A DNA stretch of 64,000 nt from contig CBDBMH010000001.1 of assembly GCA_965207275.1 (NCBI GenBank), positions 1,056,297-1,120,296 on the forward strand. Direction: 5' to 3'. Shown here one piece after another: positions 31,604-41,669 of this stretch. The notes beneath the pieces were generated by a model. It saw only the letters and a list, made by a program, of their open reading frames with translations, did not search any database and was not told where the DNA came from. Made by a program: the position numbers and the translations under genes. Within the stretch, counting starts at the first letter, position 1; each line of letters starts with the position of its first letter. This DNA comes from Dehalococcoidia bacterium (GTDB taxonomy: Bacteria; Chloroflexota; Dehalococcoidia; Lucifugimonadales; UBA3495).

Positions 31604-31987
31604 AACAGTGCCTCCTGCAGGTCCCTTTAGTCCGATTCTAGCACCGAGGGACGGAGAGGAAAAGCGGAGGGAGATGTTTGGCAAGACGTTTGCAAAGTCC
31701 CCTACCAACCGCTCATGGTGAGCTTGTCGAACCATTTCCTGATAAGGGTGCGTCCTTCGAAAGGCTCAGGATGAGCGGCAAAGTGCAATCTTGCCAGAAT
31801 TTGCGATCGTCCTGTGACGCTGGCTGCTGACCTGGAAATTGGTTGCTGAATAATGGCTATAAAGGTATTATTGTTCCCGGCGCTGGATGCCTCGTCGAAC
31901 CCATCGACGGAATATCCGACGCTGCCGGCCCCCGCCAACCAATAGCGTTGAGGAGCCGCGAAAAACCTGGAGTTGATATAACGTCGC

Positions 31988-32653
31988 ATGTACCTGGACC
32001 TGCATAGCCACTCGGTTTCCTCTGACGACTCCCGCGCTACCGTTGAGCAATACGTGAAGTGGATTCACGTTCTGCGCAGCAAGCGGGGCTACACCATCGA
32101 CGGATTTGTACTTACGGAGCACCGGAAGTTCGACTTCGACAAAGATTACTCGCAACTGGCGGCGGAGTACGACGTGCTCATCATGAAGGCTTCGGAACTG
32201 GATACCCGGTACGGGCACGTGCTGGTTTACGGGGTAAATGAGGGTCTGGCCAAGGATATTGACCTGGGCGACGTCAAGATGGACGCGCGGGAACTGATGA
32301 AGGCCGCCCGCCACCACGGGGCCATCGCCGTTCCGGCCCACCCGGGGCGCTTCGGTATCGGCCTGGTGGACTACATGGAGCAGGGTGAGACTTTCCCCGA
32401 CCTCCACATCGTGGAGCGCGTGAACGGCGGCAGCCGGGCCGGCGAGAACGAACGGGCCGACGCCTTGTGCCGGGAAAACAATTACCTGGGCACCGGCGGC
32501 AGCGACGCCCACCTGGCCAGCCACCTGGGGTCGTGCGTCACTGTCTTCCCCGGCGAGGTGCGAAACGAGCGTCAGCTGGTGGAAGCCCTGCAGGTGGGCG
32601 ATTTTGCCCCGGTCTGGCTGAAGGATATGCAGCAGTCACCGGAACAGTCTTAG
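31988..32653 (+). CDS. PHP domain metallo-phosphoesterase
   Basis: Motifs DLHSHS, TEH, AHP and GGSDAH. Confidence 0.88.
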   Translation: MYLDLHSHSVSSDDSRATVEQYVKWIHVLRSKRGYTIDGFVLTEHRKFDFDKDYSQLAAEYDVLIMKASELDTRYGHVLVYGVNEGLAKDIDLGDVKMDARELMKAARHHGAIAVPAHPGRFGIGLVDYMEQGETFPDLHIVERVNGGSRAGENERADALCRENNYLGTGGSDAHLASHLGSCVTVFPGEVRNERQLVEALQVGDFAPVWLKDMQQSPEQS

Positions 32654-32778
32654 CGTGGCTCCCGGCTTTCCGATCACCAAGGCCTGGCTCGGGCTGAACT
32701 CCAACGCAGAAGCTGACCTGCATTCCCCAAGACGCCGCTAGTAGAACAACTGCTTGGGAATGATGGGTGGCAGGTTTC

Positions 32779-32886
32779 TGTCTTCATTCCGGCCTGGAGC
32801 CGGAATCCAGAAGGGTTGCGAGAGGTCAACAGTAAAGCACCGCAGTGGTACTGGATTCCTGTCCGACGCGTCGGACCGGAATGACG
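32779..32886. repeat. Family E REP-like pair (TCATTCCGGC..GCCGGAATCCA / TGGATTCC..GGAATGAC)
   Basis: Inverted pair. Related copy at about 61438-61520. Confidence 0.65.
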
Positions 32887-33128
32887 GTTAAGCCCCACCC
32901 ATCAAGGCAATTCCGTGAGGCTACCAGGACCGGCAACCGGGCTGAGGTGATCCGCAGCAGGCGGATCAGGCCCACCGGCAGGGGCAGGGCGACACGACTA
33001 ATTCGGAAGAAAAGGTGGCTACCCGGGAACGGTTTACCCTGAATGAAAACCCGCCCCTGCGGGCCCGGACCATCAGTGGCAGGGTTATCAAACGACCAGG
33101 GCGGGCCACCCCCGCTGAGGAGATTCCC

Positions 33129-33578
33129 ATGGCAATGGAACTGGAATACAACCGAGATCTTTACGGCGTGGAGCATGAGGCGGGGCCCTTCGAGATAACC
33201 GCTGACCTGATCCAGACCTTCAACCGCAGCATCGGCGAGTCCAATCCCATGTATACCGATGCGGCCACGGCGCAGGCGGCCGGTTATACCGGGGTCCTGG
33301 CGCCCCCAACTCTGGTAACCATGCTGGTCCGGAACGTGGAACTGCCGGACATAGAGCTGAAATTCGGCGTAGTACGTTTCCACGCCGGCCAGCGAGTCCA
33401 GTCGCGCGCGCCCATCGTGGCCGGAGACAAGCTGCTGGCATCGTCGCACCTGAAGGAGGTGTACCCCAAGACAGGGCGCAGCGGTACCATGGTCTTCACG
33501 GTGTGGGAGACCACCTTCACCAACCAGGACGGGGTGGTGGTGGCAGACGTGCAGGAATCCTACGCATCCAGGGAGTAG
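33129..33578 (+). CDS. MaoC/FAS1-like hot-dog dehydratase, N-terminal-type subunit
   Basis: GESNPMYTD...APPT...FHAGQ. Confidence 0.85.
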   Translation: MAMELEYNRDLYGVEHEAGPFEITADLIQTFNRSIGESNPMYTDAATAQAAGYTGVLAPPTLVTMLVRNVELPDIELKFGVVRFHAGQRVQSRAPIVAGDKLLASSHLKEVYPKTGRSGTMVFTVWETTFTNQDGVVVADVQESYASRE

Positions 33579-33586
33579 CGCAAGCA

Positions 33587-34027
33587 ATGGCTGACCACAA
33601 CGGCCCCTATTTCGAAGATATTGATCTGGGCGACGAGATTGGCCCGGTGGAACTGGTGGCCACTGACGAAAATGTGGCCACTTTCTGCGAACTGTGGGGC
33701 AATCCCATGCCCAACCGGTTCACCAGCCAGGAATTGGCCGAGGCCTCCGGTCTCCCCGGCCCCATCGTGCCCGGGGTGATGAGCATGGCCATTATGAGCC
33801 AGGCCCTTACCGACTGGGCAGGGCCGGAGTCGCTGAAAGACCTGGACCTGGTATTCCGCCAGCCGGTGCCCCACAACAAGCCCCTGCTCATCTCCGCCAC
33901 CGTGACGGATACCAGGGAAGAGGGCGGTGAGAACCTGCTGGAGTGCGACGTGTTGATGATGGGCGAGGCCGGGGAACGCTACGTGGGCGGCACGGCGCTG
34001 ATATCCCTGCCGAGCAACGTGGAGTAG
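33587..34027 (+). CDS. MaoC-like hot-dog dehydratase subunit
   Basis: Motifs YFEDIDLGDE, GLPGPIVPG and FRQPV. Confidence 0.85.
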   Translation: MADHNGPYFEDIDLGDEIGPVELVATDENVATFCELWGNPMPNRFTSQELAEASGLPGPIVPGVMSMAIMSQALTDWAGPESLKDLDLVFRQPVPHNKPLLISATVTDTREEGGENLLECDVLMMGEAGERYVGGTALISLPSNVE

Positions 34028-34060
34028 TCGCCCCTTCACCAAGAAGTAAGGAGCAACGTG

Positions 34061-34354
34061 ATGGGTATGCCAAACATCGAGTGGTGGGACCCGCCCAGGA
34101 AGATCATGATCAAGCTGGAGCCCCACCAGATCAAACCCATGCCTCTGGGTCACGACACTTTTATCGTAATGGAATTCGGAGGGCGTCAATTCGATGCCCT
34201 GATTCCTACTTCCACTATCGTGGACAACAAGTATGCTCCTGCTACGCTGGCAGGAAAGAATGGCGACAGGATCATAGTTTATTTCCCGATAAGCAACGAA
34301 GGAAGGCCTACCTGGGAACTGACAGATGCGGAATTGGAAAGCATCACTGCCTGA
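34061..34354 (+). CDS. Hypothetical protein
   Basis: RBS AAGGAG, AT-richer than flanks, co-oriented with dcd. Confidence 0.6.
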   Translation: MGMPNIEWWDPPRKIMIKLEPHQIKPMPLGHDTFIVMEFGGRQFDALIPTSTIVDNKYAPATLAGKNGDRIIVYFPISNEGRPTWELTDAELESITA

Positions 34355-34393
34355 GGGTCAAAAGGACCTAGTACACCATCGGAAGGGGGAAAA

Positions 34394-34930
34394 ATGATTC
34401 TGTCGGATCTCCAGATACTGGAAATGTTGGATTCTGGAGATTTGGTAATAACCCCCTTTAGTTCAGACAGTGGATCCATACAGCCGGCTTCAATTGACCT
34501 TCGCCTGGGACCGACCATATCAGACCCGGGAACTAATCCTGTTGAGGGCATATACGTCGACCCCAATAAGCTGGACGTGAGCAGCTTTATACGTTCCCAA
34601 TCGGAAATCAAAGACCTCAACAGGGAACCCCTTTTCCTGCAGCCGAGGCAGTTTGTCATCGGGGCTACTTTAGAGTATATATCCCTGAGTACCAGATTGG
34701 GCGCCAGGGTAGAAGGCAAGAGCCGGCTGGCAAGGCTTGGTGTAGGAGTCCATGTGACCGCACCAAAAATTGACCCAGGTTTCTCCAATCATATTACCCT
34801 GGAAATATTCAACCTTGGGCCCTGGACAATCATACTTCAGAATGAGATGGAAATCTGTTCCTTGATTCTGGAACCCTTAGGAGAGCCGGCTTTGAGGGGA
34901 TACGAGGGCGCGTTTCAGGGTGGGAGTTGA
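34394..34930 (+). CDS. dcd: dCTP deaminase (trimeric dUTPase superfamily)
   Basis: Motifs IQPASIDLRL, EGKSRLARLG and IDPGFSNHITLEIFN. Confidence 0.9.
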   Translation: MILSDLQILEMLDSGDLVITPFSSDSGSIQPASIDLRLGPTISDPGTNPVEGIYVDPNKLDVSSFIRSQSEIKDLNREPLFLQPRQFVIGATLEYISLSTRLGARVEGKSRLARLGVGVHVTAPKIDPGFSNHITLEIFNLGPWTIILQNEMEICSLILEPLGEPALRGYEGAFQGGS

Positions 34931-35039
34931 GCCCGCAAGCAACCTATGTCCAGCAGTGGTTTCAAGATGACAGAGCGCAAGAGGTGGATTAAATTGCCAG
35001 CTTTCTGTCTTCAACGGGAGAAAGCAGCGAGGTAAGAGA

Positions 35040-35888
35040 ATGTATGACCTGAACGGGAAAGTAGCCGTAGTAACCGGCGCCGGCGGTCGCCACGGCATCG
35101 GCCGGGCCATAGCCACCCGCCTGGCCCGGGAGGGCGCCGACGTGGTGGTAACCGACATTCCCGAATCGGTGACGGCTATCCGATCCGAGGACCGGGCCGA
35201 CGGCTGGGAGGGCCTGTCCAGCGTGGTCAAGGAAATTGAGGCCGAGGGTCGGCAGGCCCTGGGCATCTTCTCCGACGTGTCCGACAGCGCCCAGGTGGAC
35301 GACATGGTCCAGCAGGTCCTGGCACGTTTCGGCAAGATCGACATCCTGGTGAACAACGCCGGTTCCCGGCCCGGCCGGGACCGGGTGCTGGTGGTGGACC
35401 TGGAGGAGGACGCCTTTGATGAGGTGTTGCGGGTCAACGTCCGGGGCACCTACCTGTGTTCCCGGGCCGTAGCGCGGCACATGGTAGCCCGGGGCGGGGG
35501 CGGCAAGATAATCATCATCTCTTCGGGAGCGGGCAAACGGGGCATCGCCCGCTACGCGGTCTACTGCGCTTCCAAGTTTGCCCTGGTGGGGTTCACCCAG
35601 GCCCTGGCCCAGGAAATGGCGGCCCACAAGGTCAACGTCAACGCCATCTGCCCCGGGCTGGTGGACACGGAGCGGGTGGACTTCATTGCCGCCGCCCTGG
35701 CCGCCGAGGGAGAGTCGGCCGAGGAACACCGGGCCCTGATGGTGCAGGAACGTTCCACCCGGGTGCCCATGGGCCGCATCGCCCAGGGCGACGACATAGC
35801 CAACATGGCCGCCTTCCTGTCCTCCGCCGAGTCCGATTACATGACGGGCCTGTCCATCAGCGTGTCGGGCGGCTCGGAGATGAACTAG
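35040..35888 (+). CDS. Short-chain dehydrogenase/reductase
   Basis: Motifs TGAGGRHGIG, NNAG and YCASK. Confidence 0.93.
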   Translation: MYDLNGKVAVVTGAGGRHGIGRAIATRLAREGADVVVTDIPESVTAIRSEDRADGWEGLSSVVKEIEAEGRQALGIFSDVSDSAQVDDMVQQVLARFGKIDILVNNAGSRPGRDRVLVVDLEEDAFDEVLRVNVRGTYLCSRAVARHMVARGGGGKIIIISSGAGKRGIARYAVYCASKFALVGFTQALAQEMAAHKVNVNAICPGLVDTERVDFIAAALAAEGESAEEHRALMVQERSTRVPMGRIAQGDDIANMAAFLSSAESDYMTGLSISVSGGSEMN

Positions 35889-35912
35889 GAAACAGGACAA
35901 TATCGGTACGAA

Positions 35913-35975
35913 GGGCGACCACAAGGGTCGCCCCTACAATCATCCCCACAGGGGCAGCCGCAAGGGCCGCCCCAC
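35913..35975. repeat. Family B REP-like palindromes (GGGCGACCACAAGGGTCGCCCCTAC), two copies
   Basis: GTAG-type REP read on the minus strand. Also at 26361 and 46245. Confidence 0.75.
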
Positions 35976-36003
35976 CCAATATACAGAAGACAGGAATGAA
36001 TTT

Positions 36004-36294
36004 ATGCCCCTGGAACGCGCCGACGTTGAACACATAGCCGCCCTGGCCCGCATCGGGTTGTCGGAGGACGAGATCGCAACCTTCCAGGAGCAGTTGTCCA
36101 ACATCCTGGACCAGTTCGAGCTGTTGAAGCAGCTGGACACCAGCGCGGTGGAGCCCACGGGGCACGCGGTGGAGTTGAATTCGGTTATGCGGGAAGATGA
36201 GCCGTCCGAGTCGCTGGGACCCGAGGACACGCTGCTGAACGCACCCCGCCGGGAGGGAGACCTGTTCCGGGTGAAGGCGGTGCTGGAGGAATGA
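36004..36294 (+). CDS. gatC: Asp/Glu-tRNA amidotransferase subunit C
   Basis: VEHIAALARI...MREDE...LLNAP...FRVKAVL. Confidence 0.95.
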   Translation: MPLERADVEHIAALARIGLSEDEIATFQEQLSNILDQFELLKQLDTSAVEPTGHAVELNSVMREDEPSESLGPEDTLLNAPRREGDLFRVKAVLEE

Positions 36295-36464
36295 TTGACA
36301 GGGGCAAGGGGGCTGTTGCCTTGTCATCCGCTCATCCTGAGCTTGTCGAAGGATGCTTGCCCAGACTGCCCGTGGTTCGACAGGCTCACCACGAACGGGT
36401 TCGAGTCATTCACCACGAGCGGCATGGCTTGGTGCAGCTAACGCCGCTGGAGGAGTAATACCCC

Positions 36465-37922
36465 TTGGCCGAACTATGGCAACTAACCCTGCACGAGGCC
36501 CGGGCCGAACTGGACGCCGGGTCTTTCAGCGCCGTGGAGCTGGTGCGCGCCTGCTTCGAGCGCATCGGGCAGGTGGAGGAGCGGGTCAAGGCCTACGTTA
36601 CACTGACGGAAGACCACGCCTTGAAGCAGGCGGAGGAGGCCGACAAGGTCATGGCCGAGGGACGGGGCGGCCCCATGACCGGCATTCCGGTGCAAGTGAA
36701 GGACCTGATCTGCACCAGGGGCATTCGGACTACCTGCTCGTCCAGGATGCTGGAAAATTTTGTGCCGGTGTACGATGCCACGGTGTGGGAGCGCTTGTCG
36801 GCCCAGGGAGCGGTCCTGCTGGGCAAGGGGAACATGGACGAATTCGCCATGGGGTCGTCCTGCGAGAATTCGGCCTTCTATCCCACCCACAATCCCTGGG
36901 ACCTGGGACGAGTGCCCGGGGGCAGCAGCGGCGGCGCGGCGGCGGCGGTGGCCGCGAACGAAGCCATTGTGGCCCTGGGTTCCGACACCGGGGGCAGCAT
37001 CCGCCAGCCGGCGTCCCTGTGCGGCGTGGCGGGTCTTAAACCCACCTACGGGCGGGTCAGCCGGTACGGGCTCATTGCCTTCGCGTCTTCCCTGGACCAG
37101 ATCGGGCCGGTGGGCAAGGACGTAACCGACTGCGCCATCACCCTGAATGCCATGGCCGGCTACGATCCCAGGGACTCCACGTCCCTGAACCTGCCGCCCA
37201 CCGACTTTACGGGAGGGCTTACGGGGGAGCTAAAGGGGATGCGGCTGGGCATTCCCCGGGAGTATTTCGTGGAGGGCATGGAGCCGGGGGTGCGGACAGC
37301 GGTGGAGGAAGCGATCAGGGACCTGGAAGGGCTGGGGGCTTCGGTTGAACCGGTATCGCTGCCAACGACGGAGTATGCCCTGGCCTGCTACTACATCATT
37401 GCCCCGTCGGAGTGCTCGGCCAACCTGGCCCGATACGACGGGGTGAAGTTCGGGTATTCCTACCAGAACACGCCTGATATGTGGGAGGCCATGGAGACCA
37501 CGCGCCAGCAGGGATTCGGTCCGGAGGTGAAGCGGCGGATAATGCTGGGCGCCTACGCCCTGTCCGCTGGTTACTATGACGCCTACTACCTGAAGGCCCA
37601 GCAGGCGCGGACGCTGATCCGGCAGGACTTTGCCCGGGTGTTTGAGACGGTGGACGCGCTGGTTACCCCCACGTCGCCGGTGGTGGCCTTCCCCCTGGGC
37701 GACAAGACGGCCGATCCGGTGCAGATGTACCTGATAGACGTGTGCACGCTGCCCATCAACATAGCCGGGCTGCCGGCTATGTCGATACCCTGCGGCTTTT
37801 CCGAGGGGCTGCCGGTGGGAATGCAGGTTATCGGCCCGCACCTGTCCGAGGAACTACTGCTGAACATCGGCTACGCTTACGAGCAGGCTACCGAGTGGCA
37901 CAAGGCCCGGCCGGGGATTTAG
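36465..37922 (+). CDS. gatA: Asp/Glu-tRNA amidotransferase subunit A
   Basis: Motifs GGSSGG, GSDTGGSIRQP, SANLARYDG and EVKRRIMLG. Confidence 0.96.
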   Translation: MAELWQLTLHEARAELDAGSFSAVELVRACFERIGQVEERVKAYVTLTEDHALKQAEEADKVMAEGRGGPMTGIPVQVKDLICTRGIRTTCSSRMLENFVPVYDATVWERLSAQGAVLLGKGNMDEFAMGSSCENSAFYPTHNPWDLGRVPGGSSGGAAAAVAANEAIVALGSDTGGSIRQPASLCGVAGLKPTYGRVSRYGLIAFASSLDQIGPVGKDVTDCAITLNAMAGYDPRDSTSLNLPPTDFTGGLTGELKGMRLGIPREYFVEGMEPGVRTAVEEAIRDLEGLGASVEPVSLPTTEYALACYYIIAPSECSANLARYDGVKFGYSYQNTPDMWEAMETTRQQGFGPEVKRRIMLGAYALSAGYYDAYYLKAQQARTLIRQDFARVFETVDALVTPTSPVVAFPLGDKTADPVQMYLIDVCTLPINIAGLPAMSIPCGFSEGLPVGMQVIGPHLSEELLLNIGYAYEQATEWHKARPGI

Positions 37923-37965
37923 GCTACTGCCATGCTATAATTCAGTAACTCTCCAGAGGTCTGAA

Positions 37966-38322
37966 ATGAGCATCTTCCATTACCCATTGGAAATCACCGG
38001 CCCGAATGCTAGCGAGTTCCAGGAGGTAATGGCCCTGGTAGACACCGGCGCAACCTTCACTCAGGTCCCCGCACCGTTGCTCCGACACTTGGGTGTCCAA
38101 CCCACCCAAACTGTCAGATTCCGCTTGGCCAACGACTCGACCATACAGCGAGCCATCGGCGAAACCCCAGTCCGCATTGAGGGCCAAATCGTCAACACCG
38201 TGGTTGTCTTCGGAGATGATAACGCCGATGCGTTGTTGGGCGTCTACACCCTGGAGCGGGCCCTTCTGGCGGTTGACCCCGCAGGCCAGCGCTTAATTCC
38301 CACCGACGCCCTGCTGATGTAG
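37966..38322 (+). CDS. Retropepsin-like (clan AA) aspartyl protease
   Basis: Motifs ALVDTGAT and LLGVYTLE. Confidence 0.85.
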   Translation: MSIFHYPLEITGPNASEFQEVMALVDTGATFTQVPAPLLRHLGVQPTQTVRFRLANDSTIQRAIGETPVRIEGQIVNTVVVFGDDNADALLGVYTLERALLAVDPAGQRLIPTDALLM

Positions 38323-38328
38323 CCCGCA

Positions 38329-39612
38329 TTGAAGTGGGTTCGGAGTATCAATACCTCCTTCCTAACATCGCTCTCCTGGATGAACGGCGATGCCCGGTTG
38401 ATAACCCTGGCCCGCGGGGTTCGTACCTTCTCTCAGAGCTTCATTTCCGTCATCATCGCCATCTACCTGGCCGAACTGGGCTTCAGCCTGGTGCAGATTG
38501 GGGCGATCCTTACGGTGGGGGTTGCCGGAGTTTCCTTCTTTGCGCTGGTGGTGGGATTAGTCAGTGAAAGGGTAGGCCGACGGCGCCTGCTGGTCGTATT
38601 CTCCCTGCTGGCGGCGGCCGCGGGGCTGGCGATGTACTTCACCGAGGCTTTTATCCCGCTACTGGTCATCGCCTTCCTGGGTAGCCTGTCCACGGGCGGC
38701 GGAGGGGGAGAGAGTCCGGCACAACCCCTGGAAGTCGCCATTCTCCCGGATACCGGCCCCCCGGAAAGACGCACCGATATTTTTGCCGTTTACAGCATTG
38801 TGGCCCGCACCGGCACCTTTCTGGGCGCGCTGGCCGCCGGCTTTCCGGTGCTGTTGCAGGAAGGGCTGGGCCTTTCCCTCCTGTCGTCCTACCAGGCCAT
38901 GTTCCTGGGATTTGCCCTGTGCCAGCTGGCCGGGGCGGCGCTGTATGTCTTTGTTTCGTCGGAGGTGGAGGGGGCCAGCATTCGTCAGCAGTGGCAAAAC
39001 CCACTGAAGCTGCCATCGCGGCGCCGGATATTTACACTGATCTCGCTGTACAGCCTGGACACCTTTACCACGTCCATGGTGATGCAGAGCCTGGTGGCTT
39101 ACTGGTTCTATACGAAATTCGGGTTGACGGTGGAATCGCTGGCCCTGGTCTTTTCACTATCCCACCTGCTGACCGCGTCTTCCCTGTGGATATCGGCCAA
39201 AATAGCCAACAGAATCGGGCTGCTGAACACGATGGTTTTCACCCATATTCCGTCCAGCTTCTTTCTGCTGGCGGCAGCCTTCGCGCCCACGGCCACGCTG
39301 GCGATAGTATTCTGGCAATGCCGCGCTTTTCTGAGCCAGATGGACGTACCCACCAGGGACTCGTACAACATGGCGGTGATCAACCGCGAGGAGAGGGTTG
39401 CGATGGCGAGCATTAACATGGTGAGCCGGAGCGCCGCGGGGGCAATGGGTCCTTCGGTAACCACGGCCATCTGGAACATTACCGCGGCCTGGGCGCCGTT
39501 GGTGGGCTCAGCTCTTCTGAAGATTGGATACGACCTTTCTCTCTATTTCATGTTCCGCAACGTGCGGCCGCCGGAGGAGGAAGAACGGCGGCGGTACCGA
39601 CGCGGAACGTAG
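38329..39612 (+). CDS. MFS transporter
   Basis: About 12 hydrophobic segments, motif-A-like SERVGRRR, and SQMDVPTR. Start uncertain. Confidence 0.9.
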   Translation: MKWVRSINTSFLTSLSWMNGDARLITLARGVRTFSQSFISVIIAIYLAELGFSLVQIGAILTVGVAGVSFFALVVGLVSERVGRRRLLVVFSLLAAAAGLAMYFTEAFIPLLVIAFLGSLSTGGGGGESPAQPLEVAILPDTGPPERRTDIFAVYSIVARTGTFLGALAAGFPVLLQEGLGLSLLSSYQAMFLGFALCQLAGAALYVFVSSEVEGASIRQQWQNPLKLPSRRRIFTLISLYSLDTFTTSMVMQSLVAYWFYTKFGLTVESLALVFSLSHLLTASSLWISAKIANRIGLLNTMVFTHIPSSFFLLAAAFAPTATLAIVFWQCRAFLSQMDVPTRDSYNMAVINREERVAMASINMVSRSAAGAMGPSVTTAIWNITAAWAPLVGSALLKIGYDLSLYFMFRNVRPPEEEERRRYRRGT

Positions 39613-39777
39613 GGGCCATTGCATGGCGCTATTGCATCTGAGATAGCCTGCTTGCACGTCCTCCCTCTCGAATCCCGGAACATGACCGCGCCAGTGTCGA
39701 GCTTTACGTCTGAGCGGGAAAGACGGTGGGTAACCAAAGCTGATGTGTGATCGCCCTGCTGCCCGGGTCGTTCCCAA

Positions 39778-39806
39778 TTGACGTTGTCCTGCCGTAAAGG
39801 TAGTAT
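39778..39806 (+). promoter_or_regulatory. Putative sigma70 promoter
   Basis: TTGACG-N17-TAGTAT. Confidence 0.5.
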
Positions 39807-39896
39807 GACGGCAAACTGCGGGGTGGTGGTTTTGAGCTTCCCAGGCGACAGTTTCGGCATTGCTCCGCGGCGCAAAATACCAGGAGGAAAATAGCT

Positions 39897-40841
39897 ATGG
39901 CAGAAGTTTTCGGGTATGGCGATTTTCAGTATACTTTCGTGGAAGACTGGGCAAAGCTGCCCCAGGGTAAGCGCTTGCTGGAATGCCCCGGCGTTGTCTG
40001 CGACTCGGAGGACCGGGTGTTCATCCTGACCCGGGGCGAGGATCCTATCATGGTCTTCGACAAGGACGGCAACTTCCTGCGCTCCTTCGGGCAGGGCCTG
40101 TTCAGCAACCGCACCCACGGCCTCTACATCGCCCACGATGATTCCATCCTGGCCGCCGATGACGGCATCCACACCATCCAGAAGTTCACTCCCGACGGGG
40201 AGAAGGTGATGGAGATCGGAGAGCGGAATCATCCGGCGCCCCGCTGGAGCGGCCAGCCCTTCAACCGGCCCACGTCGGCGGCCATCCGGCCGTCCAATGG
40301 CGACATCTACATCTCCGACGGCTACGGCAACTCCCGCATCCACTGCTACAGTGGCGACGGCGAGTACAAGTTCAGCTGGGGAGAGCCGGGCATAGATGCC
40401 GGACAGTTCATACGCCCCCACAACATCGCAGTTGATGGCGACGACCGCATCCTGGTCGTTGACCGTGAAGCGCACCGCGTCCAGATTTTTGATCCGGAAG
40501 GCGGCTTCATCACCATGTGGAGCAACATCCATCGTCCCGATGCCATGGTGCTGTGGCAGGACAACATCTACATTGGCGAATTGAACGGTATGGGCGGCGT
40601 GGACGACGCTCCCGGCCTGGGTCACCGGGTGACCATCTACGACCTGGAAGGCAACCGGGTGGGCCTGTTCGGAGCCAAGGAAGAGGGCGAAGGCGCGGGC
40701 CAGTTCATTGCTCCCCACGGCATCGCCGTTGACTCCAGCGGCGCAGTGTACGTGTCCGAGGTGTCCTACACCATTCGGGGTTCCCACATGGACCCGCCCC
40801 GGGAACTGCGCAGCTTCTCCAAGTACGAACGGGTCAGGTAG
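39897..40841 (+). CDS. NHL-repeat beta-propeller (peptidyl-alpha-hydroxyglycine lyase-like)
   Basis: Motifs FNRPTS, SDGYGNSRI, GQFIRPH and DREAHRVQIF. Confidence 0.88.
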   Translation: MAEVFGYGDFQYTFVEDWAKLPQGKRLLECPGVVCDSEDRVFILTRGEDPIMVFDKDGNFLRSFGQGLFSNRTHGLYIAHDDSILAADDGIHTIQKFTPDGEKVMEIGERNHPAPRWSGQPFNRPTSAAIRPSNGDIYISDGYGNSRIHCYSGDGEYKFSWGEPGIDAGQFIRPHNIAVDGDDRILVVDREAHRVQIFDPEGGFITMWSNIHRPDAMVLWQDNIYIGELNGMGGVDDAPGLGHRVTIYDLEGNRVGLFGAKEEGEGAGQFIAPHGIAVDSSGAVYVSEVSYTIRGSHMDPPRELRSFSKYERVR

Positions 40842-40995
40842 TAACTCGCATACGTCGCGTCCAGGCTTTATGGAGGCCGACCCTGTTTGATAAGGGTTGA
40901 CCTCCAATTGTCTTGGGATCCCATTGGCAAGGCGCTGCCGCCTTTTCTCTCGGCCTGCAAATAGCCGCTATAATATTGCCGAGAGAACAGTGAAC

Positions 40996-41646
40996 ATGAC
41001 TACTATCAATACACCTGAAGAATTCTTGAGGGCCCTCAGGGAAAACCCTGAATGGCGTGAAGCGGTGCGCGCCCAGATATTGGGCGATGAACTTCTTAAC
41101 CTACCTGCCGCGTTGCAGGCGTTAACTGAAACTGTCAACCGCTTCGTGGCAAGGCAGGAACAGTTCAACGACGAGCAGCGGAATTTCAACCAGAATGCCC
41201 TGGCAAGATTTGACCGGATGGAGAGTGACAGTTCTCGCTTGAAGGAAGACTACACACGAAGGGAAATGGCGGAAGCGGCTGAGTTCATACCTCTCGATAT
41301 GGGCATGCAATATGAAAGGAAAATGACAAGGGGTGAACTGGCACAGATTGCTGGGGCGGCAGCCGAGGGACAGGCCCTATCCGGCAACCTGAGAAGCTTC
41401 AGAGACGCGGACCTGGTTATAGTCGCCAGTGACGGGAGCGAGACCCGGTACCTGGCCGTGGAGGTTTCCTACACTGCCGACCAGAGAGATACCGGGCGAG
41501 CCATCCGCAATGCCCTTATTCTCACGGAACAGACCGGGTGTCCGTCAGTACCAGTAATCGCCAGTGCCCGCAACACGCTCGAGGTGCAGCGAGAAATCGA
41601 CTCCGGGCAGGTGTATTGGCACCAGCTGACTGACCGTGAAGCATAG
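40996..41646 (+). CDS. Hypothetical coiled-coil protein with C-terminal PD-(D/E)XK-like motif
   Basis: FLRALRENPEWREAVR and ADLVI...YLAVEVS. Confidence 0.65.
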   Translation: MTTINTPEEFLRALRENPEWREAVRAQILGDELLNLPAALQALTETVNRFVARQEQFNDEQRNFNQNALARFDRMESDSSRLKEDYTRREMAEAAEFIPLDMGMQYERKMTRGELAQIAGAAAEGQALSGNLRSFRDADLVIVASDGSETRYLAVEVSYTADQRDTGRAIRNALILTEQTGCPSVPVIASARNTLEVQREIDSGQVYWHQLTDREA

Positions 41647-41669
41647 AATCATTGAAAGAGGAGACCAAC

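Noticed and set aside
32886-33128. Riboswitch or ncRNA upstream of the MaoC pair
   Set aside because: Only isolated GC hairpins. No known aptamer consensus recognised.
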